Part shown: in pieces, positions 50,752 through 61,186 of the stretch
How positions within the stretch are numbered: the stretch's first letter is position 1
Layout: the number at the start of each line of letters is the position of its first letter
DNA from: an uncultured candidate division Zixibacteria bacterium
GTDB lineage: Bacteria; Zixibacteria; MSB-5A5; UBA10806
Length of the DNA: 64,000 nucleotides
Assembly (NCBI GenBank): GCA_963817915.1
Contig: CAWFQL010000016.1
Location: 390,094-454,093, forward strand
Reading direction: 5' to 3'
The notes under the pieces: generated by a model
The model's database searches: none
The model's input: only the letters and a program-made list of their open reading frames with translations
Told to the model about the DNA's origin: nothing
Made by a program: the position numbers and the translations under genes

Positions 50752-51666
50752 ATGCTCAGAAAATATAAAATCGTTGACCGCAGATTGGTAGAATCTCAGG
50801 ACGATAGCTGCGCTATTTCCGTCTATATCAATCCCGATGAAAAAGAGAAAAGATATTTGATCGATTCTCTCAAGCTTGATGAGCACACATTAAATTCAGC
50901 CCTCGATCCCGATGAATTGTCCCGTTTGGAATTCGAACCCGAACACGTAGCAATAATTCTCAAACGGCCGAAAAACTATTCGAGCGAAGACCAGTTTCTA
51001 TTCAAAGTTACCTCGGTTGGCGCATTTCTATTCAAAGAGCAATTGATCATAGTCGCCCCCGAAAATGATGTCATATTTGACAGCAATCATTTGCTGAGAT
51101 CACAAACACCGGCGTATCTACTGATAAGACTGATTTATCGCACGAGTTTTCATTTTCTGGAGCATTTGAAAATTATCAGCAAGATTTCCGATGAGCTCCA
51201 GAACAAAATCAATACCGCCATGGAAAATAGAAACCTCATCAATATGTTTACTCTGGAAAAAAGCCTGATTTATTATCTCAATTCTCTGAATTCCAATAGC
51301 GCTCTTATAGACAAATTAAAGCTGAATTCGGCAAAGATCGGATTCTCGCCGGAGGAGATTGAATTTTTGGACGATACCCAGATTGAAAATACCCAATGCT
51401 ATAAACAATCTGAAATCTATTCCAATATTCTGGCCAGCCTCATGGACGCCCGCGCATCAATCGTGAATAATAATCTAAGTGTTCTCATTAAATTTCTGAA
51501 TATCATAACTATCGCGATCATGGTGCCGACCTTCGTGGTCAGCGCATTCTCTATGAATGTCGGCCTGCCATTGCAAAACCATCCATTCGCATTCTACATA
51601 GTCATGGGGCTCGCCCTGTCATCGGTCTTGGTCTTTATCTGGTTCTGGCGCCGTCTGAAATGGTAA
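50752..51666 (+). CDS. corA: CorA family divalent cation transporter
   Basis: ALDPDELSRLE, KSLIYY, S.VNNNL...K.L..ITI and FSMNV, with two C-terminal TM helices. Confidence 0.85.
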   Translation: MLRKYKIVDRRLVESQDDSCAISVYINPDEKEKRYLIDSLKLDEHTLNSALDPDELSRLEFEPEHVAIILKRPKNYSSEDQFLFKVTSVGAFLFKEQLIIVAPENDVIFDSNHLLRSQTPAYLLIRLIYRTSFHFLEHLKIISKISDELQNKINTAMENRNLINMFTLEKSLIYYLNSLNSNSALIDKLKLNSAKIGFSPEEIEFLDDTQIENTQCYKQSEIYSNILASLMDARASIVNNNLSVLIKFLNIITIAIMVPTFVVSAFSMNVGLPLQNHPFAFYIVMGLALSSVLVFIWFWRRLKW

Positions 51667-51669
51667 CCC

Positions 51670-51836
51670 GCCTGCGCGGCGCGCCTGTCCGGCTTCGCCG
51701 GACAGCATGTATCGTAGCCGTGAAATAGTCTATAATCGTTTTAAAAAACATTTTTGATATATTTTAATAATCTGGATACTTACATCGCCATGCCACATGC
51801 TATCCGCCATTGGCGGATAGGCGCGCCGCGCGAGGC
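51670..51836. repeat. Inverted pair of composite palindromes
   Basis: GCGCGGCGCGCC-[TGTCCGG..CCGGACA]-GCATGT and ACATGC-[TATCCGCC..GGCGGATA]-GGCGCGCCGCGC. Confidence 0.75.
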
Positions 51837-52748
51837 TTAGCCGCCATAGGGCTGGGCAAAGCCATTGCCAAGCCCGGCCTGTTCAAATTGGTCTAGTGCC
51901 TGTTGGTATTCTTTTTTCAATATTCGACGATCGAGCTTTTCGAGTTTCAACGCTTTATGGGCTGGAAAATACTGGCTCATCAGCGAGACAAATGTTTCAG
52001 GCGAGATTTCCTCGGCGATAAATCGGAATATTTCCGCCGATCCCGCGATATTTTCCGGCAGGACCAAATGGCGGATTAGCAGTCCTTGGAGGGCTATCCC
52101 GTCATCGTCCAATTGAAGTGTCCCGACCTGACGAAACATTTCCTTGATGGCGGCGCGATTAATTTCGGGGTAGTCTTTAGCCTGGGAATAACATTGCGAT
52201 GATTCCTCGCGCGAGTAACGCATATCCGGCATATAGATATCGATGATCCCATCGAGCATTTGCAAGGTCGAAACACTGTCGTAACCGGATGTATTGTAAA
52301 CCAGCGGCAACGAAAATTTCTGCTTGTATGCCGAAAGCAGGGCGGCCATGATTTGCGGGACATAATGTGATGGGGTCACGAAATTGATATTGTGGGCGCC
52401 GCGGATTTCTAATTGAATTATCATCTCCGCCAGACGATCGATCGTTACCGGCTCCCCATTGCGTAATTGACTTATGGGGTAATTCTGGCAGTAGACACAT
52501 TTAAGATTGCATCCTGAGAAAAATATCGTTCCGGACCCCCGGGAGCCTGAAATAGGCGGCTCTTCGCCGTAATGGAGATTGGCGGATGACACTAAAACCG
52601 TATCGGTGACACCGCAAATTCCCGTTTTGCCATTAGTGCGATCGACATGGCAATCGCGGGGGCAGACCGTGCAGTCTTTGAGAAGCTCTAATGCTTGAGG
52701 CAGCCGTTCCACGAGCCTCGAAATTTTATCTTCGATAGAAAATCTCAT
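51837..52748 (-). CDS. Radical SAM protein (PflX-like)
   Basis: C..CPR.C.V.R, GEEPPISG..GSGTIFF, CNLKCVYCQN and LLIRHLVLP. Confidence 0.9.
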   Translation of the reverse strand: MRFSIEDKISRLVERLPQALELLKDCTVCPRDCHVDRTNGKTGICGVTDTVLVSSANLHYGEEPPISGSRGSGTIFFSGCNLKCVYCQNYPISQLRNGEPVTIDRLAEMIIQLEIRGAHNINFVTPSHYVPQIMAALLSAYKQKFSLPLVYNTSGYDSVSTLQMLDGIIDIYMPDMRYSREESSQCYSQAKDYPEINRAAIKEMFRQVGTLQLDDDGIALQGLLIRHLVLPENIAGSAEIFRFIAEEISPETFVSLMSQYFPAHKALKLEKLDRRILKKEYQQALDQFEQAGLGNGFAQPYGG

Positions 52749-52791
52749 GGATGCAATATATGGACAAGGACAAGATTAGGCAAATGAGGGT

Positions 52792-53220
52792 TTAGACTGG
52801 TAATTTAGTCCGCAGGATATTAATCAGCTGATCGGGCTCATCGGTGCCGATACGGATAATGCGCCCTTTTTTCAACACAATTTCTATGGCATCGAGACCA
52901 GATACATTATACAGCCAGCCCTTGCCGAACCATCGAATACCCCATCCGTAGTACCAGTGATTTCTGACTTTCCGGGCCAGTCTTATATCGCCAAACCTGA
53001 AACTTTTCCGCAATATCCCCGGACCGAAATGGAAGCTAAGATTGGTATTGTCTATAACGACTGTCAGGCTTCCAAAAAGAAAGATGACAACCACAAAAAC
53101 AAATGGAAATATATACATGATTTCAGTCGATGATTTAGCCGCGCCAAGAATCATCGCGATTATGGCGAAAACACCGCCCGCGATAGCCGGCCATCCTATT
53201 TGCGTATGTTTGTAATTCAT
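52792..53220 (-). CDS. Hypothetical membrane protein
   Basis: YKHTQIG, YGWGIR, LYNVSG and IGTDEP motifs. Confidence 0.75.
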   Translation of the reverse strand: MNYKHTQIGWPAIAGGVFAIIAMILGAAKSSTEIMYIFPFVFVVVIFLFGSLTVVIDNTNLSFHFGPGILRKSFRFGDIRLARKVRNHWYYGWGIRWFGKGWLYNVSGLDAIEIVLKKGRIIRIGTDEPDQLINILRTKLPV

Positions 53221-53263
53221 AAGAATACCTTCAATTCTTCTCGATCAATATCTCATCCAACAT

Positions 53264-54610
53264 TTATTGCTGCTTGATCCACTTAGCGATATCCTCGATA
53301 ACACTTTTCTCTACGTGACCGGGCTTGGCGTAATCCGATGGTGTGCTTCTACCCTCGACTGCGATGAAAAGATGGTTGAGCCTGGGATAGAGCTGGAATT
53401 GAACATTTTTCTTTTCGAATAATGCCTTTTTCCATCCGCCAAAATCCTCAGTCGTCACCTGGTAATCGCTTTCACCCTGCAATATTAATATCGGCTTATT
53501 TATATCTTTAGCTTCTTTCGCCGGATCATGCTTTCGCAAATCTATCCAATACGATGCCGGGACACCCATTGGCAACTCGGATGGAGGGGTATCGAGCGCA
53601 AGATCGGGCGATTTAACTTTTGAGACTTGCTCCTGTATCATCTTCAGCTGATGTATTTCATCATCCGATACAACGCTGTCGAGCGATGCGATATAATTCA
53701 TCTGGGCGAATATCAAGTCCTCCAATGGTCTTGTCGGACCCGCCATAATAATAAATCCCGCGATCTTCGAATCCGCCTTGGCGATTCGCGGAATCACCAT
53801 GGCGCCAAGGCTGTGACCAAGCACAAATACTTTATTGGAATCAATTTTGTTATCGTGTCGTAAAAGCTCCGATGCCAGAACCGCATCGTCGATAGTCTCT
53901 TCTTTTACGGTAAAACTGTCGGTCGAATTTGCCAATTTGGCGGCATAAACCTTGGTGCGCTTTTCATAACGAAGCACCGCAACGCCCTTTGATGCCAACC
54001 CCCAGGCGAGGTCTGTGAATGGCTTATCAGCCCCTACAGTCTCGTCGCGATCATTCGGGCCAGAGCCGTGAACCAGCACTACGCCCCGAAATGGCCCATC
54101 GCTCTTGGGCAATGTCAGAGTCCCGGGGAGTGCCCATTCGCCACTGCCGACAGTAACATCTTTCTCGGTAAATAGGCTTGCATCAGCATATTCGGGCGTC
54201 TGATAATCGATTTTAGCCTGAACCGGCGCAAAGAATAACCCCGCTATTTTGCCCTTGGTATCATATATGACTTTGGCATCAAGCGACATCGCCTCAAATT
54301 TACAAGTAATATAGACTATGGTATATCCACCCGAGCTTTCAATTCTTGAATCCCCCTGGCTTATAAATTTCCCGATTTGGGCGATCATCGATTCCCACGT
54401 TGCCTTCAGCTTATCCGCAGGCATTGCATTGGTCATGGTGTTATCGAAATCTTTGACTGCGCCAGCAAAATCACCATTTGAGATTTGTTCAATAAACACC
54501 TTGGCCTTATCGGTCAGGGTCTGTGCATTCGCCTTTTTCCCGCAAAAAATTATAATTAGGCCGATAACTACAATGACCATCGCGTGTAAAATTCTAAAAC
54601 GTTTATTCAT
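53264..54610 (-). CDS. Alpha/beta hydrolase with DUF3887-like N-terminal domain
   Basis: HGSGPNDRD, GHSLG nucleophile, QGESDYQV and NHLF. Confidence 0.9.
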   Translation of the reverse strand: MNKRFRILHAMVIVVIGLIIIFCGKKANAQTLTDKAKVFIEQISNGDFAGAVKDFDNTMTNAMPADKLKATWESMIAQIGKFISQGDSRIESSGGYTIVYITCKFEAMSLDAKVIYDTKGKIAGLFFAPVQAKIDYQTPEYADASLFTEKDVTVGSGEWALPGTLTLPKSDGPFRGVVLVHGSGPNDRDETVGADKPFTDLAWGLASKGVAVLRYEKRTKVYAAKLANSTDSFTVKEETIDDAVLASELLRHDNKIDSNKVFVLGHSLGAMVIPRIAKADSKIAGFIIMAGPTRPLEDLIFAQMNYIASLDSVVSDDEIHQLKMIQEQVSKVKSPDLALDTPPSELPMGVPASYWIDLRKHDPAKEAKDINKPILILQGESDYQVTTEDFGGWKKALFEKKNVQFQLYPRLNHLFIAVEGRSTPSDYAKPGHVEKSVIEDIAKWIKQQ

Positions 54611-54732
54611 ATCTGTTTTCCTTGAAATATTGTTGCTTCAAATCCAACATCACGACCTCACAGGATAATACCCGCGAGCGTTAATTCTATTCAAAAAGAA
54701 ATATGGGTATTCGAATGGCCATTGCGGAAATG

Positions 54733-55482
54733 CTACTCGGCCTTATCGGCTATAGCGGCCAGCATGGCAACATTGCTGATATAGTCGTCGAAAAGCCCTT
54801 CGAGCATGGCGGTCGCGCCGGATTGGCCTTTGCGCAGACGCCAGACCCTGTCTATGGCTGTCGTATCGGAATTGTAGATTTTATTGACTTCCACAAGAAG
54901 ATCGCCGACATCGTGCATTGGCGACTGTCCCGACATCCAAACCATCCCCCGGCAAGCCGCTAATACCGATGATAATGAGTCCTCGAGAAGTTTTTCGATA
55001 TTCTCCCGTTTGCCGCCGGTTCTTAAAAAGCCCCGTCGCAGATTGACCAATAGCGACTTAAGCTCTCGTTCGCACTGGTAACGAAGATTTCTTTTTTCGA
55101 TATTGGCCGACACAAACGGATCCTCGCCATAGAGCATTATGTGATGCTCTTTCATATCTGAAAATTCTATCGGGAATGTATCCAGCGATGTGACAACATG
55201 TTCTTTCTGGAAGATCAATGGAATTGCCAGCCCTTTATTGGCGTATTTTTTCCCAAGCTCCATCAAGATATTCAACTCGGGTATTTTGATATTCTCAAGA
55301 ATGATGGTGATATTGATATCGGATTTGCCATCGATATAATTTGGCCCCGATGCCGAACCAAAGAGAAAAACAGAATATAAATTACTATTGAATGATTTCT
55401 CAACCTGGTCGGTAAAATCTATTATTACTTTGCGAGCCTTTTCGGGCAGGTTTTTCAGTTTTTCAATCGCGCTTTCAATCAT
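54733..55482 (-). CDS. Nucleotidyltransferase-domain protein
   Basis: LFGSA.G......SDIN and D.FPIEF. ATGA overlap with cobB. Confidence 0.75.
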   Translation of the reverse strand: MIESAIEKLKNLPEKARKVIIDFTDQVEKSFNSNLYSVFLFGSASGPNYIDGKSDINITIILENIKIPELNILMELGKKYANKGLAIPLIFQKEHVVTSLDTFPIEFSDMKEHHIMLYGEDPFVSANIEKRNLRYQCERELKSLLVNLRRGFLRTGGKRENIEKLLEDSLSSVLAACRGMVWMSGQSPMHDVGDLLVEVNKIYNSDTTAIDRVWRLRKGQSGATAMLEGLFDDYISNVAMLAAIADKAE

Positions 55483-56227
55483 TTATTACCCCTCAATTCT
55501 TTTATTTTATTTACAATTGCCGGCATGATCTCGCCCGATTTGCCGTTCAAATGCTCATCGACAATATACGTTAAATCTGTCGGCTCGACATTAATTTCTA
55601 CAACAAATGCGCCCTGTGTTCTCGCGGTTATCGGCAATGATGCCGCGGGCTGGACTATTCCCGATGATCCCACGGCAAAGAAAAGATCGCATTGACGGGA
55701 TACCTGAAACGCCTTTTCCAACTCCTTTTCGGGCAACATCTCGCCAAACCAGACCACATCGGGACGAAGCCTGCCGCCGCAATGAGCATACTGGCGGAAA
55801 TTGCCTCGAAATCCTCGCTGTAATCCATTTTGCCGCATTCGATACAGCGGTTCCGTTTGATATTGCCATGCAATTCAATGATATCATCCGAACCCGCCTG
55901 CCGATGAAGACCATCGACATTTTGCGTGATCAGATGAAAATCATCATATAGCTTGGACAATTCAAATATCGCGTAATGACCCGGATTGGGCTTGATATTG
56001 TTGATAATTTCCCGTCGATGCTGATACCATTCCCAGACCAGTTTGGGATTGCGCTGGAAGGCTTCGAATGTAGCCAATTCCTCAGGTTTGAATTTTTTCC
56101 ATAGCCCGTCTTCGCCCCTGAATGTCGGCACGCCCGACTCGGCAGACACTCCGGCTCCGGTCGAAACGACTACTTTTGTGGCATTGCTGAGTTTTTCTAT
56201 AAAACGATCTGAAAATTCGAAATTCAT
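55479..56227 (-). CDS. cobB: NAD-dependent protein deacylase (sirtuin); indels ~55780-55810
   Basis: [27 protein letters not shown] and CxxC, with [18 protein letters not shown] and EIN in another frame. Confidence 0.92.
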
Positions 56228-56337
56228 AGCTACGAAAGAATAAGATAGAAATTGCTAATGGTCAATCTGAATCGGCGAGCAGTTGAGGGGAAGCACAAAC
56301 AACACGGGGATTTGATTTGACAAATCCACCCGCGACC

Positions 56338-56601
56338 TGTCATTCCCGCGCATGCGGGAATCTATCTTATTTTGCCGATATATCAAATCCCCTGTAGGGG
56401 CGAACTGCCGTTCGCCCTTCTTGCGGGGGCGTATGCAATACGCCCCTACAGTAAATTATTATTCCTGCGTGTCACAGTTTACTGTGACCGCATCTTGGCA
56501 TCGTTTGCGGTCAGGGCAAGCCCTGACGCACAACACTGACAGTAGGGGCGTTTGAGAAAACGCCCTAATACGTGAAGGGCGTTCAGTTGAACGCCCCTAC
56601 A
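56338..56601. repeat. Heterogeneous REP/palindrome array
   Basis: GTCATTCCCGC..GCGGGAATC, two GTAGGGGCG..CGCCCCTAC doublets and a TGCG..CGCA doublet. Confidence 0.85.
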
Positions 56602-56610
56602 TTAGCAATT

Positions 56611-57792
56611 CTATTTTAGTAATATCATCTTCTCTGAGGTGCGCTTATCGCCCTGCGATAATTCGATAAAGTACACACCGGATGCATATCTATCTGATGA
56701 AAAATCCAATGGTATGCTTATTTGCAAATCATTGGGGATTCCAGAATATATTTCTTCTAATTTCCTGCCAAGGATATCATAGAGATTTATTCTGATCGTA
56801 TTTCTATTCGACAAATTTGCGCTGATAATCATTCTCGAATTAAAGGGATTTGGATATAAGCTTAGATTAAGCAAAATTTTATCAGGGTTAACAACCCTTT
56901 CGTCGATAGATGTAGGGTCCCATGTCGATACCATAATCTCATAATCGCCGTTTGGCAATCTGTCTCGTTGATTTGAAAAATATAATTTCTGATTATCCGG
57001 TGTCGCAGATGCGTTTTGATCCCAAACAGCGGAATTTATGGGCGTCCGCAAGTTTTCCACATTGCCCCATCCATGGCCATTCCATATGGCTTTAAATATA
57101 TCTCCTTCTCCTTGCCAACCGGGAACACCGTGCGAACCGGGGCTATCAAAGTAGAGCGTATTGCCATCAGCAGAAACATAAGAAACAATATCGTCAGAGA
57201 AGTAATTCACAGGCGCTTCGACATTAAAGGGAGGCCCCCAATCCCCTGTAGTAGTATCCCAATCCGAATACCATATATCCATAAATCCAAGACTAAATTG
57301 GCCGTTTTTTTCATATGCATCGGTCGTGAAATACATCCGCCGCCCATCGGCCGTGAAACATAGCCCCCATTCAATTGACGGCGAATTTATATTTTCACCC
57401 AGGCATTCCGCCGGGCCCCAGCATTGACAACTATCGCTCCAATGTGAACGCCAGATATCCCACATTCCCATCCCCCCATCCCTCCAAGAAATCCAGTAAA
57501 TCGATTGAAGGTCGGGAGTTATCGCCACCGCTCTCTGAACCCCTATATAATTAATCGGAGAAGGAAGATACTCACGGGGGCCCCAGTGGTCTCCTTGCCA
57601 GTGACTCATTGTTATCGTTCCCTCAGCAGAAAAGACCATTACGCTCCCATCAGCTGAAAGGTACGGAAAATATTCATCTCCGCTCAGATTAAGTTCGGTT
57701 ACCGGTACTGGCTCGGTCCAACCAGCATAACTCGGCCCGGCCAAAACGAGGGCTAATATTAAGCCCAATATCCCTACTCTAATCTTATTCAT
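56611..57792 (-). CDS. PD40/TolB-like beta-propeller protein with T9SS CTD
   Basis: Signal peptide, repeated IN....P..S.DG..LYF / DIW / W.P..L, and YPNPFN...KMILLK. Confidence 0.85.
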   Translation of the reverse strand: MNKIRVGILGLILALVLAGPSYAGWTEPVPVTELNLSGDEYFPYLSADGSVMVFSAEGTITMSHWQGDHWGPREYLPSPINYIGVQRAVAITPDLQSIYWISWRDGGMGMWDIWRSHWSDSCQCWGPAECLGENINSPSIEWGLCFTADGRRMYFTTDAYEKNGQFSLGFMDIWYSDWDTTTGDWGPPFNVEAPVNYFSDDIVSYVSADGNTLYFDSPGSHGVPGWQGEGDIFKAIWNGHGWGNVENLRTPINSAVWDQNASATPDNQKLYFSNQRDRLPNGDYEIMVSTWDPTSIDERVVNPDKILLNLSLYPNPFNSRMIISANLSNRNTIRINLYDILGRKLEEIYSGIPNDLQISIPLDFSSDRYASGVYFIELSQGDKRTSEKMILLK

Positions 57793-57876
57793 TTTTCAAT
57801 CCCTGCGAGACGTAACTGCTATATTATAAACATAAGTTACGAAATATCGATGATTTGTCAATGGAAATGAGGGGGT

Positions 57877-58027
57877 TTCCTGCGTGTTACAGTTTGCTGT
57901 GACCGCATCTTGATCAATTGCGGTCAGGGCAAGCCCGGACACGCAAAAAAATGAAAGATTCGGCAGTTGTAGGTCGGGTCGCCTGCGACCTGACGAAATA
58001 AAGACGTCATTTCCCAGGGGAAATGAC
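57877..58027. repeat. REP cluster
   Basis: TGCG..CGCA doublet (57881-57945), GTAGGTCGGGTCGC..GCGACCTGAC and GTCATTTCCC..GGGAAATGAC. Confidence 0.8.
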
Positions 58028-58289
58028 CTACTGCTAAGATGCGACATCTAATTTGGCAATTTTGCCTCCTGACCATCAGCATCCATCAAATATTGGATAA
58101 ATCCTATAATCAGCCATAAACAGTCGGTTTCCGTGTGGAGTTGCCACGATGAATTTCAACGCAAATTGCCACATTTAATGAGGTTACGAGGCGCTGTTCA
58201 ATTATTGACCGCTTTTATAATGAGGGTATGAGAGTTGCTTAATTATAGGCGGGGAATAAAAAGAACGTCTCGATAGGAGGCTTAAAGTT

Positions 58290-58832
58290 ATGAAAAAATA
58301 CAGAAATATGCTCAAAGGCAAATCGGGAGTAACGCTCCTGGAGCTGCTGATCGCGTCATTGATGACAATCCTGGTTACGACTGCGGCGTTCACATTTTTT
58401 ATCCGGTCTAATCAGCAATATTTCTCGCAGGAAAATGTTGCCGAAGCCCAGGAAAATGCCAGCGCGTCGATTGAAGAAATCTCAAGGCAGCTGCGGATGG
58501 CGGGATACAATATTCCGGATACCATCAATGCCTTCGAGGTTGATTCGGTAATTGGCGGGCAAGACACATTGGTGATACACCGGGATACATTGGAAATCCG
58601 TTATTATATCGATAATTCCGACACGCTCAATCCGGATCTCATAAAAGAAGTAAACGGGACCGCGGAAATATTCGCCGAACAAATAAGCAGTTTTAAGGTG
58701 AATAGAGTCGCGGCGACCTCGCTTAAAGTTACTTTAAAATCCCGCAGCGACAAAAAGGACTACGATATAATGAGCGGCAAACAGTTTTCCAGAACTGAAT
58801 CACAAACCATAACAATCAGGAATACAAATTGA
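58290..58832 (+). CDS. PilW-like minor (pseudo)pilin
   Basis: Class III signal KSG|VTLLELLIA and LRMAGY motif. Confidence 0.85.
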   Translation: MKKYRNMLKGKSGVTLLELLIASLMTILVTTAAFTFFIRSNQQYFSQENVAEAQENASASIEEISRQLRMAGYNIPDTINAFEVDSVIGGQDTLVIHRDTLEIRYYIDNSDTLNPDLIKEVNGTAEIFAEQISSFKVNRVAATSLKVTLKSRSDKKDYDIMSGKQFSRTESQTITIRNTN

Positions 58833-58840
58833 GGTGGGCC

Positions 58841-59233
58841 ATGAAGAATATAATGAAAAACCAGAAAGGAATAAGCCTCATTGAGGTAACCGCGGCCATG
58901 GTAGTCCTTGCCGTTGGAATCTTAGGGCTCGCCCCGATGATGACAATAACAATGGACGCCAACTCGTTTTCGCGGGACCTTAATAGGGCCGATGTCTTGG
59001 CGCAGGACAAGCTGGAATCGTTGAGACTGACAACAACCTTTTCACCGCTACCAGTGATAACAACCGAGAACAATCTCGATGGCCGTTTCCGCCGCACGAC
59101 GAGAGTGGACGCTTCCGAGTCGGACGCCACTGTGCCGCCAAGAATCTATCGTATTCACGTCACAATGAACTGGACCGATAAGAACAGTCTTCCGAGATCA
59201 GTGGAATATTGGACATATTTTCCTAAGAACTAG
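58841..59233 (+). CDS. PilV-like minor (pseudo)pilin
   Basis: QKG|ISLIEV..AMVVLAVGILGL, LAQDKLE.L and V...W.D. Confidence 0.85.
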   Translation: MKNIMKNQKGISLIEVTAAMVVLAVGILGLAPMMTITMDANSFSRDLNRADVLAQDKLESLRLTTTFSPLPVITTENNLDGRFRRTTRVDASESDATVPPRIYRIHVTMNWTDKNSLPRSVEYWTYFPKN

Positions 59234-59248
59234 GGAAAAGGGAGGAAT

Positions 59249-61186
59249 ATGAATATAAGACGAAACAACGAACGCGGTATCGCAATGATTATTGCCATAC
59301 CTATCCTGATGATGATTGCGCTTCTTGGAGTGGTAGCGATCATGAACTCCAATACAAGCGTTGAAACAGCCGGAAGCTCAAAGAGAAGCTCGCAGGCCTT
59401 TTATATAGCCGAAGCGGGTCTCGAAAGAGCTGTCAGCGAATATGTCTGGGGTAATTTCTACGACGAGAACGTTTCCCCATTCGTAAATCCATTCGGCTGG
59501 CTCGAAAGCCTGAACGATTCAACATTTTATAATAATATCAATCTCGGAGCCGAAGGTAATTACTCTGTCAGAGTTACTTCGGTAGTCAATCCGGGCCCGA
59601 AAAGCCCTTATATCGATTGCCGCGATGTCACGATAGAGGCCACAAGCCATGCTACCGGCGGCAATGAAAGTGTAACCCTTGTCGCAACTATGCGATTTGG
59701 AATATTGCCCGCCAGCGTCTTTGATTATTCCTACTTCATTAACCACTTTGGATGGTGGTCGGGTTTTGCAAGCGGAGGCGCTGTCGCCAATGGTAATGTT
59801 CGAGCTAATGGTCACTTTGACCTTCTCGCGGGGTATATGACAGTCAATGGTAACCCGCGATTCAATCCTGTTACCGGCGAGGTCATGGATAACGGCGGCG
59901 CGTACGCAGGCGGATATGTATTCCCCACGAGCGGCAGCGGCTACCAGGGAATGGCTTCATATGCGGCCAACAGACATAGTTATGCCGGTGCCGATAAATC
60001 TGAAGACGACAGGGCACTTATTGAAATGCCTAACCTGAATGACCCTGCTGACCTTGATCATGACGGCAATGTCGATGAATTGAATCCTTATTATATAGCC
60101 CTTGCCAATGGTACTCTCGGCAGCCCAGTTGGAAAGGCCGGAGTTGATACAAACGGCGATGGCATCTTGCAGGCCAGCGAGGTTATTATAACAGGTACAT
60201 ACGGAGACAATGTTGGCGAAACCGGCAATGTCGCCTTAGTTGGTACCGACACAAATCCGATAATTGTTCAGGGCACCGTAGCTATTACCAATAATCTGGC
60301 TATCAAGGGTACTGTAAAGGGCAAGGGCTCTTTTTATGTTGGACGGAATACCTATGTCGGCGGCCAGATAAAATACAAGAATGCGCTTACGGCCAGGCCG
60401 AATTTCAACTACGGGTCTGAAACACCTGAAGCGTATCAAACTCGATTAAATACATGGAAGACCGCCAATGCCAATGCCGATATGGTGGCATTCATGACAG
60501 CCAATAATATCGTTGCCGGTAATTTTACGACCACTACCTGGAAATCAAACATCCTTAATGGTGCCAGCGGTTGGTTGGCAGATTATCGCAATAATGGTTA
60601 TGAAGATGTCGGAATCGATGGTGTATTCGGCAATCTTTCAAGTCAGACCACACCTTATGCCGCCTCCACCAAAGAAGCCGATGGTAAATTCACGGTGGTT
60701 ATCGCTGATGCCGATGGCAACCAGCACATGCAGGATCTTACAATTTCCGGCGGAGTCGCCCAGGTTCCCAGTGGATACCATGTGGTTCCGGGCACCGGTG
60801 AAGATGTTGACGGCGACGGTATCTATGACGCCCCGTACAATTACACAAACGATATTAATATCAATACTACCTTCAACTCGGCTAACTTCTATAATCTCAG
60901 CCCGAGCATTACCAACTATACTGGTTTCTCTGATGCAAGCGTCGCGAAGATGGACGGTATTTTTTACACTAACCACGCTATCGCGGGAATGTTTACCGAT
61001 TATTGCGCGTTCAATGGTTCAGTTGTGGCGCGAAATGAAGCGATGGTCTTAACAGGCGGCCACGTATCTCTCACCCACGATGATCGTTTGTCATCGAATT
61101 ACCATGACCTGACAGCCATGAACATATATTTGCCGTTAATTAAGAGATATTCAACCGTAAGCTGGATCGATACAGGTATTCGTTAA
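59249..61186 (+). CDS. Large PilX-like protein with Ca-binding DxDxDG-type motifs
   Basis: NERG|IAMIIAI (no E5), QAFYIAEAGLERA and a C-terminal W, with an GGAGG RBS. Confidence 0.8.
   Translation: MNIRRNNERGIAMIIAIPILMMIALLGVVAIMNSNTSVETAGSSKRSSQAFYIAEAGLERAVSEYVWGNFYDENVSPFVNPFGWLESLNDSTFYNNINLGAEGNYSVRVTSVVNPGPKSPYIDCRDVTIEATSHATGGNESVTLVATMRFGILPASVFDYSYFINHFGWWSGFASGGAVANGNVRANGHFDLLAGYMTVNGNPRFNPVTGEVMDNGGAYAGGYVFPTSGSGYQGMASYAANRHSYAGADKSEDDRALIEMPNLNDPADLDHDGNVDELNPYYIALANGTLGSPVGKAGVDTNGDGILQASEVIITGTYGDNVGETGNVALVGTDTNPIIVQGTVAITNNLAIKGTVKGKGSFYVGRNTYVGGQIKYKNALTARPNFNYGSETPEAYQTRLNTWKTANANADMVAFMTANNIVAGNFTTTTWKSNILNGASGWLADYRNNGYEDVGIDGVFGNLSSQTTPYAASTKEADGKFTVVIADADGNQHMQDLTISGGVAQVPSGYHVVPGTGEDVDGDGIYDAPYNYTNDININTTFNSANFYNLSPSITNYTGFSDASVAKMDGIFYTNHAIAGMFTDYCAFNGSVVARNEAMVLTGGHVSLTHDDRLSSNYHDLTAMNIYLPLIKRYSTVSWIDTGIR

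Noticed and set aside
54733..56227. Sirtuin + nucleotidyltransferase as a defence system
   Set aside because: The sirtuin is a canonical Zn-binding CobB-type deacylase, not a defence SIR2 NADase, and the context is housekeeping.
58050..58066. Sigma-54 promoter for the pilin operon (TGGCAATTTTGC)
   Set aside because: The GG-to-GC spacing is 7 nt rather than the required 10.
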